The notes beneath the pieces were generated by a model. That model ran no database searches. It was not told the origin of the DNA and was given only the letters and a program-made list of their open reading frames with translations. Below, in pieces: positions 48,934 through 61,602 of a stretch of 64,000 nucleotides of DNA (its first letter is position 1; each line of letters opens with the position of its first letter). Source of the stretch: an uncultured Gemmatimonadales bacterium (GTDB lineage: Bacteria; Gemmatimonadota; Gemmatimonadetes; Gemmatimonadales; GWC2-71-9); assembly GCA_963795085.1 (NCBI GenBank), contig CAWCFX010000001.1:224001-288000 (forward strand), in the 5' to 3' direction. The position numbers and the translations under genes were made by a program.

Positions 48934-50394
48934 TTAGTGGCCGGGGCCGATATCCACCACGATGCGGCGCCACTTGCCCTGGTTGAACCGGAGCACGCTC
49001 AGCGCCGAGCGGGTGAAGTGGCCGATGAGGATGGCGACCCAGATGTCGATCGCGTCGAGGTGGCCGGTCTGCTGGATGACGAAGCAGATGCCGAGGGGAA
49101 TGACGATCTGCGAGACGATGGAGATGTAGAGCGGGCTCCGGGTGTCGCCGGTGCCCTGCAGCCCCCCGGTGTAGGTCAGCGCTACCGCGATAAAGATTCC
49201 GGAGACGCTCAAGACCCGGAGCAGCTGGACCCCGATGTCCACCACCACCGGCTCGTTCATGCCGAAGATGGCCAGCAGCTGCCGGGGCATGAAGAAAAAG
49301 AAGATCCCGATGCAGGCCGCGCCGGCGCCGGCAAACCGGGCGGCCACGTGCACGGCCTCTTCCGCCCGCTCCGGTTTCCCGGCGCCGAGGTTCTGGCCCG
49401 CCACCGCGGCCGCGGCGCCCATGAGGCCGATGGACGTCCAGGTGATCAGCGAAAACAGCTGGGAGTAGGACACCGCGAACGCCGCCTGGGCGGCGGCGCT
49501 CTGGGCCAGCGAGCCGATGAACGCCAGCATGAAGATCCCGCCCACGTTCATGGCGATGCCCTGGATGCCGGTCGGCAGGCCGAACCGGAACAGCGACTTG
49601 ATGATGGTCCAGTCGGGACCCCACCCCTTCCCCCGGGGAAACGACACCACCCAGCCGCCGCGCCACAGCTTGACCATGGCGTAGAGGGCCACCAGCCCCG
49701 AGGCAATCACGGTGCCCATGGCCGAGCCGGCGGTGCCGAAGGCCGGAACGGGACCCATCCCGGTAATCAACACCACGTTGAGCACCAGGTTCAGGATCGT
49801 CATCGCGATGCCGAGGACCATCGGGGTCCGGGCATCGCCGGCGGAGCGAAGCGCGCCGCTCAGCATGTAGAACACCAGCATCCCGCTGCTGAACAGGAAC
49901 ATGATCCGGAGAAACGGCAGCGCTTCCGCCTTCACCGCGGGCGCGGCATTGACCAGGTCGAGCAGGCTGGGCGAGAGGAAGTAACCGACCGGGGCCATGA
50001 CCCCGATGGAGATGAACGCCGCCGTGAGGAACGCCTGGTACACCGTGCGGTCCACCTTCTCGTGGTCGTTCGCGCCGGCGAACCGGGCCACCAGCACGCT
50101 CATGCCGGTGAAGAGGGAGGTGATGAACACGATCACGATAATGATGATCTGCCAGGCCACCCCGATCGCGGCATTGCCGGTGTACCCCACCAGGTGGCCC
50201 ACCAGCACGTTATCCACGATGCCCTGGAGGCCGCCGATGATGTTGGTGAGCATCGAAGGCCAGGCGATCTTCCAGACGGCGGAGCGGAGGGGGCCTTCCA
50301 CGATGGACCGGTCGTAGCGGCCCGCCGGCGCCGGCGGAGGCGGGACGCTGGGCGCGGCAGGAGCCGGGGGAACCGGGGCGCTAGGGGCGGACAT
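48934..50394 (-). CDS. MATE family efflux transporter
   Basis: Multiple TM segments, RSAGDARTPM, VAGQNLGAGK, GTGDTRSP. Confidence 0.92.
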   Translation of the reverse strand: MSAPSAPVPPAPAAPSVPPPPAPAGRYDRSIVEGPLRSAVWKIAWPSMLTNIIGGLQGIVDNVLVGHLVGYTGNAAIGVAWQIIIIVIVFITSLFTGMSVLVARFAGANDHEKVDRTVYQAFLTAAFISIGVMAPVGYFLSPSLLDLVNAAPAVKAEALPFLRIMFLFSSGMLVFYMLSGALRSAGDARTPMVLGIAMTILNLVLNVVLITGMGPVPAFGTAGSAMGTVIASGLVALYAMVKLWRGGWVVSFPRGKGWGPDWTIIKSLFRFGLPTGIQGIAMNVGGIFMLAFIGSLAQSAAAQAAFAVSYSQLFSLITWTSIGLMGAAAAVAGQNLGAGKPERAEEAVHVAARFAGAGAACIGIFFFFMPRQLLAIFGMNEPVVVDIGVQLLRVLSVSGIFIAVALTYTGGLQGTGDTRSPLYISIVSQIVIPLGICFVIQQTGHLDAIDIWVAILIGHFTRSALSVLRFNQGKWRRIVVDIGPGH

Positions 50395-50573
50395 GGGTCA
50401 TCGGGGGTGTGGCATGCAGGGGGCCAGCTCCAGGCGCTTGAGGCAAGGTCGTTGTAAGCTAACCAAGGACGGAGAATCGGTCGCCAAGGTTACGGCGCCT
50501 TGGGGATCGGCCGCCTCGCGCTCCCGCGCCCCTGAACTGGCCCAATCGGCTCCGCGTGGGTATCCTGCCTTCC

Positions 50574-50792
50574 ATGTCCATCGTCACCGTGGCAACCTTC
50601 AGTACCGAGGTCGAAGCCCAGATCGCCCAGGCTACGCTGGAGGCCAATGGCATCGCCTCGATCATCGTTCGGGACGACGCCGGCGGGATGCTTCCCTCCC
50701 TCCATATCCTGGTCAACGTCAAGCTGGCGGTTCAGGAAGCGGATGAGGAACTGGCTAGGGAGATCCTCGCCGAACCCGAATCAGGCCCCTGA
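50574..50792 (+). CDS. DUF2007-like small putative signal-transducing protein
   Basis: VATF....EAQIA...LEANGI; V...D.E.AREIL. Confidence 0.75.
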   Translation: MSIVTVATFSTEVEAQIAQATLEANGIASIIVRDDAGGMLPSLHILVNVKLAVQEADEELAREILAEPESGP

Positions 50793-51624
50793 ACGAAATC
50801 GCCTGCACCATGGCGCCCCCCCTTCCCACCACGATCTCCTTGACTCCCTCCCGCTTTCTCGCCGCCGTTCCGCTCTGGTTGTCTACCGCGCCCTGGATAC
50901 TCTGTGCCCGGATGGTGGCGTTGGCGGCTGACGGCAGCCGGATCCCGACCATCCCCGAATGGGTCTGCAGGGTGTAATCGCCCCCTTCCATCAGGGCGCC
51001 GGAGAAGGTCACATCGCCCCGAAGGGTGACCGCCTTGATCCGCGCCGCCGAGCTGTTGGTGACGGAGATGTTGCCGGATGAGCTCTCCAGCGTGGCGTCC
51101 GAGGCGGCGCCGGTGAGGGTGATAGTGCCGGCGGAGGTGTTCACCGCGACCGAGCCCGTGGCGTTGGAGACGGAGACGGCCCCGGCGCTGGTTTCGATCG
51201 TGACCGTACCGCCGGTCCCGCTCACCTTCACGTCGCCGTTGGCGCTCCTGATCCGGACGGAACCGGAGACGGCGCTGACATCCACCGTCCCGGTACGGGT
51301 GAGAACCTCCAGGTGAAGGCCCCGGGGAATGGTGACCTCGAGGGCGGCCGGCTGGCCATTGGCCATCGGCCCGGTGACGACTCGGCCGATCTCCAGCATT
51401 GAGCCGGTGCGATCGTAGTTGATGCGATCCGCGGCCGGCATGGTGGCGCGCAACTGGATCTCGGGACGGTCGCCACCCCGGACCACGATGCCGCCGATTG
51501 GGTTCCGCAGGAACAGCCGCCCGCCGGGCTCGACGGCCAGGGTGGTGTCGATCGTCTGCTGGGCCTCTCCCGCTTTTGCGGTCGCCGCCAAGGCGAGCAG
51601 GGCCAGCGCCATGGTTTTCGTCAC
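50755..51624 (-). CDS. DUF4097-like exported beta-strand repeat protein
   Basis: Signal peptide; repeated T.sG.i.v units; third gene of the ECF module. Confidence 0.78.
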   Translation of the reverse strand: MTKTMALALLALAATAKAGEAQQTIDTTLAVEPGGRLFLRNPIGGIVVRGGDRPEIQLRATMPAADRINYDRTGSMLEIGRVVTGPMANGQPAALEVTIPRGLHLEVLTRTGTVDVSAVSGSVRIRSANGDVKVSGTGGTVTIETSAGAVSVSNATGSVAVNTSAGTITLTGAASDATLESSSGNISVTNSSAARIKAVTLRGDVTFSGALMEGGDYTLQTHSGMVGIRLPSAANATIRAQSIQGAVDNQSGTAARKREGVKEIVVGRGGAMVQAISFRGLIRVRRGSP

Positions 51625-51626
51625 GG

Positions 51627-52124
51627 TCAGCTTTCTCCCTGGATCATTTCGAGAAACCCGAGGAGTACCCGGGTCTTCCGGTTCTGGGCATAGGCGATCT
51701 CCCGGCGGACCAGCTCCTCCTGCTCGCTCGTCGTCGCCGGGTAGCTCCGGAGCTCGGCGATCACCCCGTCCACCAGCGCGAGATCGCTATCCAATTGTTC
51801 GATATCGTCCGGGGTGGCGCCCGCCGTCCGGGCCCGGACGGCAGTCTCCAGCTCCACAAGAGCTATTTCGGGGGCGCTGAGCGCGATTGCCGGAACGACC
51901 GTCTCCGGCCGCCTCCAGACCACGAGCGCGATCGCCGCCGCGGTGGCGAGAGGAACAGCGGTCCGCCAGGCCCGCCGCAGGGCGGCCGACTTCCGCCGTC
52001 CCGTGTCCCTCGCACGAAGGACGCCCTGCCAGACCCGGTCGGCCGGGAACCCCGGCGGCGGGTTTACCCGGCCGAGCTCGTCCTTGAGCTCGCGATCTTC
52101 GCTGTGGTGTTGAGTCATCGCCAA
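51627..52124 (-). CDS. Putative membrane anti-sigma factor
   Basis: Single TM segment; directly downstream of the ECF sigma gene. Confidence 0.6.
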   Translation of the reverse strand: MAMTQHHSEDRELKDELGRVNPPPGFPADRVWQGVLRARDTGRRKSAALRRAWRTAVPLATAAAIALVVWRRPETVVPAIALSAPEIALVELETAVRARTAGATPDDIEQLDSDLALVDGVIAELRSYPATTSEQEELVRREIAYAQNRKTRVLLGFLEMIQGES

Positions 52125-52723
52125 TCCTCCCGATGGGGACCCAGGGACGAGCGGACCGTCTCCCGGGCCCGGGAGAGCCGCATCCGGCAGGCGCCGGCCG
52201 AAAGTCCCAGGGCGGCGGCGATCTCCTCGTGGGTGTATCCCTCGACATCGAACATGGTGAGCACCATCCGCTGGTCGGCCGGCATCGTCTCCAGGATTTC
52301 CGTCAACCGGGTGATCAGGTCCGGCTCGACCGGCCGCTCCGCGCTCCGCAACTCAAGCGCTTCACCCCCATCAAGGGGAACAGTTCGGCGGACCCACGAT
52401 TTCCGCTTGCGCAGTCCATTCAGAATGACCGAGGTCGCTACCCGGTGCAGCCACGTTCCCAGCGAAGACTCAAACCGGAACTGGCCCAGCCGGTCGAGGA
52501 CCCGGACGAAAACCTCCTGGGTCAGGTCCTCCGCCACCCCCTGGTCTCCCGCCAACCGGTACGCCAGCCGGAAGACCCGCTCGCCATAGCGATCGAAGAT
52601 GGCGCGCTGGGCCACCTCGTCCCCGCCGGTGGCCCGACGGACGAGCTCGTCCTCTTCAACCGCCACGCGGGCCTCATCGGTTCCGGTCACAGGGTTGGAC
52701 ACGGGGATGGGACCGGATGTCAC
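52115..52723 (-). CDS. ECF RNA polymerase sigma factor
   Basis: AEDLTQEVF, TWLHRV, EGYTHEEIAAALG...RLSRAR. Confidence 0.92.
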   Translation of the reverse strand: MTSGPIPVSNPVTGTDEARVAVEEDELVRRATGGDEVAQRAIFDRYGERVFRLAYRLAGDQGVAEDLTQEVFVRVLDRLGQFRFESSLGTWLHRVATSVILNGLRKRKSWVRRTVPLDGGEALELRSAERPVEPDLITRLTEILETMPADQRMVLTMFDVEGYTHEEIAAALGLSAGACRMRLSRARETVRSSLGPHREDWR

Positions 52724-52803
52724 GCGGTGACAGCGGCAGGGGTGGAAGTGTCAAACTGGGTCACAAGTTGGTCCTCCCGTACCCGGTTCACTGGAGAGTT
52801 CCC

Positions 52804-54015
52804 ATGGTATCCGCTGTGACGCTGGCCTTGGCCCTCGCCCTGCAGGCGCCTTCGACTGGCCCTGAGCTTCCCCGGCCCACCGGTCCCTTCGCGGTGGGCG
52901 TCGCCCGCTATCAATGGACCGATTCTACCCGGCTCGAGCTGGACCCGGCATCGCCGGGCCGCTCCCGTTCGCTGGTGGTGCGAGTCTGGTACCCCGCTGC
53001 TGGCAATGTGGCACCAACCGGGAGCCCCTATGTCCCCCAGCTCGAGACCTATGCCGCAGAATCGCTGATTGTCCGGACCAGGGGCCTGGTGGCCCGGATG
53101 CGTCACTACGCGGCGAGCGACGCCCCGGTTGCCCCCGGGTCCCGCCGGTTCCCCATCGTGGTGTTCTCCGCCGGGAACGGCGAGATGGAATACATGTACA
53201 CCGCACTTCTCACCGAGCTGGCGAGCCAGGGCTACGTGGTCGCGTCGATCTCCCATCCCGGAGTGGCCAACGTCGTCTTCCCCGATGGCCACGTGGTGCG
53301 CCGCTACCCGCGGCTCTACGACCCCAAGCCCGGCGGGTGGGACAGCGCTTTCGGTACCGGCGCCAGCGTGGCCCTTCGCCGCGCGGTGTACGATACGATG
53401 TACACCGAAGCGGCGAACTATCTCGAGTCAGATGTCTCGCTGGTGCTCGACCGGCTCGCCGCGCCGCACAGCGGCACCGGTCCCCTGGCCGGGAGAATCG
53501 ACCTCGGCAAGGTCGCGACAATCGGCCACTCCTACGGCGGCAACGTCGCCGTGGAAGCCTGCGCCCGCGACCCCCGGGTCAGCGCCTGCGCCAGTCTGGA
53601 CGGCGGGGCGTTTGGCCCGGTGCGGGACATCGGCCTGGCCAAACCGCTGATGATCATCCGCCCGGCCTATGTCAACGACAGCACTCCCCGCGGCCTGGCC
53701 CAGGACCAGATGCTGGGGACCCTCCGCGCCGACGGCTATGACATCATGATCGGCGCTGGCGCCCAGCATCGCTCGTTCATGGACGCGTTCTACATCGACA
53801 ACACCGTGACCGCCGAAGCAACGGTGGCCCGCCGGGTCCACGACATCACCACACGGTATCTGACCGCCTTCCTGGGTCGCTACCTCGAGGGCAGGATGTC
53901 GCCACTGCTGGACGCGGTTCCGGCGGATTTTGCCGAGGTGGGGATGCGGGCGCTTCGTCTGTCGATCCCCGCCGGGGGTGCCTACCGCGACCAGCGAGCG
54001 ACCGCGCTGAGGTGA
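52804..54015 (+). CDS. Exported alpha/beta-hydrolase (PAF-acetylhydrolase-like)
   Basis: PTGPFAVG, VWYPA, LASQGYVV, GHSYGG, LDG, H.SF.D. Confidence 0.85.
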   Translation: MVSAVTLALALALQAPSTGPELPRPTGPFAVGVARYQWTDSTRLELDPASPGRSRSLVVRVWYPAAGNVAPTGSPYVPQLETYAAESLIVRTRGLVARMRHYAASDAPVAPGSRRFPIVVFSAGNGEMEYMYTALLTELASQGYVVASISHPGVANVVFPDGHVVRRYPRLYDPKPGGWDSAFGTGASVALRRAVYDTMYTEAANYLESDVSLVLDRLAAPHSGTGPLAGRIDLGKVATIGHSYGGNVAVEACARDPRVSACASLDGGAFGPVRDIGLAKPLMIIRPAYVNDSTPRGLAQDQMLGTLRADGYDIMIGAGAQHRSFMDAFYIDNTVTAEATVARRVHDITTRYLTAFLGRYLEGRMSPLLDAVPADFAEVGMRALRLSIPAGGAYRDQRATALR

Positions 54016-54087
54016 CGGTAGCCGGGGATTCGATTACTATCCTGCCAAAACGTCAGGCTAATCGAGTCCCCGGAGCTACTGCGCCCC

Positions 54088-55014
54088 ATGACCAAACGCG
54101 ACTTCCTCGCCAACACCGACCTGAGCCGCCAGGAAACCCATCGGATCCTCGATCTCGCCGCCGACATGAAGAGCGGCAAGTATCGGGATAAACCGCTGGC
54201 CGGCAAGACGTTAGGAATGGTGTTCGCCAAGAGCAGCACCCGGACCCGGGTCTCCTTCGAAGTGGGGACCTACCAGCTGGGCGGCCACGCTCTCTTTCTC
54301 TCCAGCCGGGACATCCAGTTGGGCCGAGGCGAGCCGATCCGGGATACTGCCCGGGTCCTGAGCCGGTACCTCGACGGGATCATGATCCGGACCTTCGCCC
54401 AGGACGATGTCGTCGAACTGGGGCGCTTCGCCAGCATCCCTATCATCAACGGCCTCACCGACCTGCTCCACCCCTGCCAGCTGCTGGCCGATCTCCTGAC
54501 CGTGAAGGAGAACCTGGGTTCCTGGGAGGGAAAAGTGGTGGCCTGGATCGGCGATGGAAACAACATGGCCAACAGCTGGATCGAATGCGCCGGCCTGCTC
54601 GGCTTCGAGCTCCGGCTGGCCTGCCCGGAAGGCTACGAACCGAACCACGACATCTTCGAGAAGAACGGCCGGCTCACGAAGTTGACCATCACCGAGCTGC
54701 CCGAGGAGGCGGTCCAGGGCGCCCACGTGATCAACACGGACGTCTTCGCCTCCATGGGCCAGGAGGGAGAGGCCGACATCCGGTTGCAGGCGTTCCAGGG
54801 CTACTGCGTGGACGCCAAGCTGATGAAGATGGCGGATCCCAGGGCCATCTTCCTCCACTGTCTCCCGGCGCACCGCGGCGAAGAAGTCTCGGAAGAGGTG
54901 CTCGAGGGTCCCCAGTCTCGAGTCTGGGACCAGGCCGAAAACCGGCTTCACGCGCAGAAGGCGCTGATGGCGTTCCTGATGGGAAACCGGGGAGAAGTGG
55001 CGGGTGAGAGGTGA
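54088..55014 (+). CDS. argF: Ornithine carbamoyltransferase
   Basis: SSTRTRVSFE, HPCQ, GDGNN, SMG, FLHCLP, QAENR. Confidence 0.95.
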   Translation: MTKRDFLANTDLSRQETHRILDLAADMKSGKYRDKPLAGKTLGMVFAKSSTRTRVSFEVGTYQLGGHALFLSSRDIQLGRGEPIRDTARVLSRYLDGIMIRTFAQDDVVELGRFASIPIINGLTDLLHPCQLLADLLTVKENLGSWEGKVVAWIGDGNNMANSWIECAGLLGFELRLACPEGYEPNHDIFEKNGRLTKLTITELPEEAVQGAHVINTDVFASMGQEGEADIRLQAFQGYCVDAKLMKMADPRAIFLHCLPAHRGEEVSEEVLEGPQSRVWDQAENRLHAQKALMAFLMGNRGEVAGER

Positions 55015-55472
55015 GAAGTGAGCGGGTAGTGGTTCTGCTGCTGGGCTGGCTGGCGGCGTGTACCGGGTCCGCCTCCGAGGTGGGAGAGCTTCCGGAGCCG
55101 TTTACGCATGCCACGGCCATGGAAGACTGCGCCCCCTGGGACGGGGCGGCGGTATCTGTCCTGCTCACCACCCAGCCGATCGACTCGTCCTGGCAGGTCC
55201 GCCTGCCGTCCCTGCGACTCTCGATCTGGCGGGACCTGGCCGCCGTCGAGAACGGGGTCTTCACCTGGCCGGCGGACGAGCAGGTGGGGGTGGCCTCCTG
55301 GTGTGAAACGGAAAACGACTGTGAGTCCGCCCGCGCCGGCCGGGTCCGTTTTCACGGGATGGCTCCCGACAGTCTGCTCACCGGGGAGTTCGATCTCAGC
55401 TTCGCCGGCCGCGGCCAGGTGAAGGGCGGCTTCAAGGCGGCCTGGCGCCACCACCAGATGATGTGCGGGTAA
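55011..55472 (+). CDS. Hypothetical lipoprotein
   Basis: LAAC lipobox; DCAPWDGAA; ends MCG. Confidence 0.65.
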   Translation: MRSERVVVLLLGWLAACTGSASEVGELPEPFTHATAMEDCAPWDGAAVSVLLTTQPIDSSWQVRLPSLRLSIWRDLAAVENGVFTWPADEQVGVASWCETENDCESARAGRVRFHGMAPDSLLTGEFDLSFAGRGQVKGGFKAAWRHHQMMCG

Positions 55473-55492
55473 CTGGAAGACAGGGGACATCC

Positions 55493-56602
55493 ATGACTGA
55501 CAATCTCAAGCGCACGCCGCTCTACGATACCCACAAGGCCCTGGGCGCCAAGCTGGTCCCTTTCGCCGGGTGGGAAATGCCGGTGCAGTACCCAGCGGGC
55601 ATCATCGCCGAGCACAAGGCGGTGCGGAGCCATGCCGGGCTGTTCGATGTCTCCCACATGGGGGAAATCGAAGTGAGCGGGCCGGACCGGAACGCCTTCG
55701 TCAACCGGATGACCACCAACGATGTCGGCGCGCTGGAAGCGGGCGAGGTGCAGTATTCCGCCGTGCTCGCGCCGGAGGGCACCTTCCTCGATGACTGCAC
55801 GGTGTACCGGTTCGAGGACAAGGTGATGCTGGTGGTGAACGCCTCCAACGCCGACCGGATCTGGAACCACCTGGTCGCCAACAAGGGCGGCGCCAACATC
55901 CGGCTCAAGAACATCTCGGAGGACGTGGGCCTGCTGGCCCTGCAGGGTCCAAACGCGGAGAACGTTCTGGCCCCTCACACGCCGGTCCGCCTCCCGGATG
56001 TTGGTTACTACCGGTTCACGACCGGCGAGGTGGCGGGGAGCGGATGCTTCATCTCGCGCACCGGCTACACTGGCGAAGACGGTTTCGAGATCTACTGCCG
56101 CTGGAAAGACACCGAGAATATCTGGAAGGCACTCACCGCGCCGGGCGGCGCCGAGCCGATCGGGCTGGGGGCCCGGGACTCGCTCCGTCTGGAGATGGGG
56201 TACGCGCTCTACGGCCATGAGATTGACGAGAACTCGACGCCGCTGGAGGCGGGCCTCGGCTGGATCGTGAAGCTGGATAAGGGCTCGCCGTTCACCGGCT
56301 CGGAGGCGTTGCGCCGCCAGAAGGAGCACGGGGTGCGGCGCCGGATGGTGGGTTTCGAACTCAAGGGCAAGGGATTTCCCCGGCAGGGCTACCCGGTGTT
56401 CTACGACGGCCGCCAGGTGGACACGGTGCGAAGCGGCACCGTGAGCCCCTCGCTGGGTACCGCGATCGGCACCACCTACCTCCCCATCGAGGGCGCCAAG
56501 GCGGGGACCCGCTTCCAGGTCGAGATCCGGGGCGAGAAGCTCGACGCCGAGGTGGTCAAGATGCCGTTCTACAAGCAGGGATCGGTCCGGAAGGGCAAGT
56601 GA
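55493..56602 (+). CDS. gcvT: Glycine cleavage system aminomethyltransferase T
   Basis: [39 protein letters not shown]. Confidence 0.96.
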   Translation: MTDNLKRTPLYDTHKALGAKLVPFAGWEMPVQYPAGIIAEHKAVRSHAGLFDVSHMGEIEVSGPDRNAFVNRMTTNDVGALEAGEVQYSAVLAPEGTFLDDCTVYRFEDKVMLVVNASNADRIWNHLVANKGGANIRLKNISEDVGLLALQGPNAENVLAPHTPVRLPDVGYYRFTTGEVAGSGCFISRTGYTGEDGFEIYCRWKDTENIWKALTAPGGAEPIGLGARDSLRLEMGYALYGHEIDENSTPLEAGLGWIVKLDKGSPFTGSEALRRQKEHGVRRRMVGFELKGKGFPRQGYPVFYDGRQVDTVRSGTVSPSLGTAIGTTYLPIEGAKAGTRFQVEIRGEKLDAEVVKMPFYKQGSVRKGK

Positions 56603-56615
56603 CGCGGGCCTGGAG

Positions 56616-57098
56616 ATGACGATCCGCCTCGCGATCCTGACGATCAGCGACGCCGGGAGCCGGGGCCAGCGGGCGGATACCTCGGGTGACGCGATCGCGG
56701 AGTGGGCGAACGCGAAGGGGTACGAGCAGGCCCAACGGGCCATCGTGCCCGATGCGGCCGACGCGATCACCGGCCAGCTCGTCACCTGGGCCGACCGGGA
56801 GAAGGTGGATGTCATCATCACCACCGGCGGCACCGGTCTCAGCGAGCGGGACATCACCCCGGAAGCCACCGAAAGCGTACTCGACTTCCTGGTGCCCGGC
56901 ATTCCCGAAGCGCTCCGCATGAGCAGCTATGCCCGGTTTCCCCGCGCGATCCTGACCCGCGGGCTCGCCGGCGTCCGCGGCAGCACGCTCATCATCAACC
57001 TGCCCGGCAGTCCCGGCGGGGTGAAAGACGGGTTGGCGGTGCTGGAGAAGGTCCTGGACCACGCGGTGGACCTGTTGCGAGGACACACCGAGCACTGA
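56616..57098 (+). CDS. MogA/MoaB family molybdopterin adenylyltransferase
   Basis: [26 protein letters not shown]. Confidence 0.9.
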   Translation: MTIRLAILTISDAGSRGQRADTSGDAIAEWANAKGYEQAQRAIVPDAADAITGQLVTWADREKVDVIITTGGTGLSERDITPEATESVLDFLVPGIPEALRMSSYARFPRAILTRGLAGVRGSTLIINLPGSPGGVKDGLAVLEKVLDHAVDLLRGHTEH

Positions 57099-57109
57099 AG
57101 GGTTTCAGA

Positions 57110-58609
<1,500 letters not shown>

Positions 58610-58639
58610 CCTCCGGAGCCCGACGGTGTGCCCGCTCTC

Positions 58640-58663
58640 AGCCGCCCTCGAGGGCGGCTTTTT
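58640..58663 (+). terminator. Intrinsic terminator
   Basis: AGCCGCCC-tcga-GGGCGGCT followed by TTTT. Confidence 0.8.
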
Positions 58664-58835
58664 CAGCCTCCGGACCGGGTGGGGCGACACTCGCCTGTGG
58701 CGGAGCAACACTGCAGGATGCTGCCTAATGGAAATTACTATACAGTAATAAGAATAGTCGGTATGTAACAGCTTGTCTCCTTTACCGTTATGCGGCAGTT
58801 TCTGGTGTTTTAGAAAATGACGTTTTCGAGGTAGT

Positions 58836-58850
58836 TGGTATCCTCCTTGC
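58836..58850 (+). promoter_or_regulatory. Candidate sigma54 promoter
   Basis: TGGTATCCTCCTTGC (GG-N10-GC) downstream of an AT-rich tract. Confidence 0.55.
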
Positions 58851-58957
58851 TTCCTGTGCTCCTGCAGTTTCCGCGTCCCTCGCCAAATCAGGCGTTGGCG
58901 GTTGAATCAACCGCGGTATCGGCGCAAGTCACTAACCCTGGATCAGGAGCGGCTCGT

Positions 58958-59632
58958 ATGAAACGCAATCGCCTTATCGGAATGCTCTTTGTGGCCGCCC
59001 TGGTGGCCGTGTTTGTCGGCTGCACGGCAGATCGGGGTGTGTCGGCGCCGAGTGCCGCGGACGAAATCACCGCGCCCACCGACGGCTCGGCTGGGCCGCA
59101 GCTCGGGATAAAGGACAAAGAGCTCAAGGGACGGGTGGACGGGATAAGGGCGCGGTTCGATTCCGTCAAGAAGAACAACCGGGCGGTGCGTGATTCCCTC
59201 CGTGCTCTCTGGAAGGAGTTCAAGAAGAACAATCCGCATGTCAAGAAGAACAACTCGCCGTTCCCGATCTGTGAGCCCAAGGACTATGACTTCGACGTCC
59301 AGGTCATCGGGCCCGAGGGCGGGTCGCTCAAGGTGGGCGGGCATCGCCTGGTCATCCCCGAAGGGGCCCTGGCGGAGTCCACGGTGATCACGGCCGAGCG
59401 TCCGTCGTCGTTCCTGATCGAAGTCCAGTTCTCGCCCCACGGTACGACGTTCCTCGAACAGCCACGGCTTGAGCTGGACTACAGCGACTGTTACCTGCCG
59501 GCAGACCATCAGTACCGGGTGGCCTATGCCTCGGATGACGGCAGGGTGCTGGAGTATCCGGTGTCGGTGGACAAGGGCGGCAATGTCCTGGGGTTCATCT
59601 GGCACTTCTCCCGGTACGCTGTCGCTTTCTAA
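58958..59632 (+). CDS. Lipoprotein with a ZU5-like C-terminal domain
   Basis: AGGAG RBS, FVGC lipobox; IGPEGGSL......LVIPEGAL; FSPHGTTF..P..L.L.Y; HFSRY. Confidence 0.7.
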   Translation: MKRNRLIGMLFVAALVAVFVGCTADRGVSAPSAADEITAPTDGSAGPQLGIKDKELKGRVDGIRARFDSVKKNNRAVRDSLRALWKEFKKNNPHVKKNNSPFPICEPKDYDFDVQVIGPEGGSLKVGGHRLVIPEGALAESTVITAERPSSFLIEVQFSPHGTTFLEQPRLELDYSDCYLPADHQYRVAYASDDGRVLEYPVSVDKGGNVLGFIWHFSRYAVAF

Positions 59633-59716
59633 GCGGGCGGATGCAGGGATACGGGGACCCGGGAGAACGCTCCGGGTCCTCGTCTGCTTTTCACGCCGGT
59701 TCTCCTGTCTGCTTCC

Positions 59717-61312
59717 CTATTGCCCGCCCAACCGCTGGATACGCTCATTGGAAATCCGCACCAGGGTATCCCGGATCGTCGGCGTCAGGCGCGCTTCGGC
59801 TGGGGCCACTTCGAGGGTGCGGCGGGCGCTGCGCACCGCGCCGGCGGTGTCGCCCACCGTCTCGTAGGCTTCGGAGAGGCTGTCCCAGGTGTTGGCCGAG
59901 GCGGGATAGAACTCGGTGTTGGCCCTGAACAATTCGATGGCTTCCATCCGTCTGCCATTGGTCATGAGCTGGTAGCCCAGCCGGTTGATCTCCAGCTCCT
60001 GGAGGATCGGCGCCTCGGGGTCGCTTTGTCGAGCCGCGCGGAGACGGCCCATCGCGACCGTAATGCCGGATGACTCGACCAGGGCTACAAACTCCGGCAC
60101 CGTTGGCGCGGGCATCGCCGCGGGGATTCGCTCGAGGGTAATCGCCCCGGCGGGAAAGCCGTTCTCCGCCGGGGTCTTCCCCAGCCACGCGAGCGCCGCC
60201 GCGTCGTGCTTGAGATAGGCGTCGAGGAAACGGCGGATGTACTCCGCGTTGGCCCGCTGGGCCAGCCGCACCGCGGCCACGGCATGGGGCCGTTTCTCCA
60301 GCACCACCGCCGCCGCCATCCCATGGGTGCCGAAGTCCTGGTGCACCAGCGCGGTGTCGTTGAGCAGGTAGCGATAGCGGGTCGAGTAGCGAAGGGCGTG
60401 AAGGCCGTCCAGGTTCTCGTTGGGCTGGCCTTCTTCGCTGCGGAACATGTGAAGGAAGGGGACCCGGACGGCGGCCGGGTTGTAGAAGGGATTCCCCGTC
60501 ATCTGGACGGCGAAGTTGGGATAGAAGATGGCACTCTCCAGCGATACCACCGCCGCGATCTCGGGTGACCGCATGGACGCGAGCAGCGCCGGCATGCCGG
60601 CAAAGCTGAACCCCCAGGTGGCCACCGGCCCGGGATCCACGCTGGACAGATCCCGCATTCTTGCCAGGGCGAACTCCAGGTCCCGGACGTACCACTCCAT
60701 CCGGGCCACCGGGTTGAGGTCGGCGTTGGCGGGCGACCCAACCAGCGCGACCACGTACCCGTGCGATGCGAGGTATTCGCCCAGCGCCTGGTTGCCGCCG
60801 GCGCCCCCCACCCCCACCACCAGGGGGTAGCGGCCTGGCGCCGGAGCGGCGTTCGCCACCGCCGTGAGCGGCGTCGGGCCCAGCCGGGCCCAGACCGCGT
60901 CGTCAATCGGGCCGAAGGGAAAATTGAACGGCCGCTCGTAGAACCCCTTGAGGTCGCGATTCCCCGCGGCCATCTCTTCGGCCGTGGGATCCTCCAGTCG
61001 GTCGTCTATCCCTCCCACTCGCTCGTAGTCCCGGAAGGTCATGACCGCTGCCCGTCCGCTGCCGGTCGCCGGGTACCAGTAGGACAGCACCAGCGGATAC
61101 CCGCGATCCGTCGCGCGCGCGCCCGCCTGGGCCTGATGGATCCGGGTGACATCTCGCAGCTTCAACAGCCGGAACCCGACCCGGTGCGGGCCGGGGACCA
61201 GGTCTCCCCAGAGGGGGCTGGCCACATCGCGGGACGCGGGGGGCTGGCTTTGCTGGGCGGTGGCGGGAATCGGCGCGGCGGCGATCAGGGTGGCCAGGAA
61301 CCAGGTGCGCAT
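59717..61312 (-). CDS. Exported alpha/beta-hydrolase with C-terminal TPR
   Basis: Signal peptide; GPHRVG, WYPA, LASHGYVV, GFSFAG; INRLGY...AIELF..N...YP.SAN.WDSL.EAY. Confidence 0.8.
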   Translation of the reverse strand: MRTWFLATLIAAAPIPATAQQSQPPASRDVASPLWGDLVPGPHRVGFRLLKLRDVTRIHQAQAGARATDRGYPLVLSYWYPATGSGRAAVMTFRDYERVGGIDDRLEDPTAEEMAAGNRDLKGFYERPFNFPFGPIDDAVWARLGPTPLTAVANAAPAPGRYPLVVGVGGAGGNQALGEYLASHGYVVALVGSPANADLNPVARMEWYVRDLEFALARMRDLSSVDPGPVATWGFSFAGMPALLASMRSPEIAAVVSLESAIFYPNFAVQMTGNPFYNPAAVRVPFLHMFRSEEGQPNENLDGLHALRYSTRYRYLLNDTALVHQDFGTHGMAAAVVLEKRPHAVAAVRLAQRANAEYIRRFLDAYLKHDAAALAWLGKTPAENGFPAGAITLERIPAAMPAPTVPEFVALVESSGITVAMGRLRAARQSDPEAPILQELEINRLGYQLMTNGRRMEAIELFRANTEFYPASANTWDSLSEAYETVGDTAGAVRSARRTLEVAPAEARLTPTIRDTLVRISNERIQRLGGQ

Positions 61313-61602
61313 CGAAGCCTCGGGAAGGGTGAAGGTCGCACCGACCTACGGGGTTCCGGTGGTGAAGTTCCCGGCGTTGCAAGGTGGAGTATTCAAGGGG
61401 CCCGCCGAGACCGGGGGGTGGGGCCGTCGACGGGGGCCGCCCCCGGTCCAGGAGAGGACCCGGGGGATCCGGTCAGGAAATTACCCGGCCCGCCTATTCT
61501 AAGTCCCTGAATCGCAGGGATTTGCACCCTTTCATCTCTCTTGACACGAGAGGTGCAACACCGAATATTACCTAGTCCTCTCACGCCTTCCCGGATCCCC
61601 TG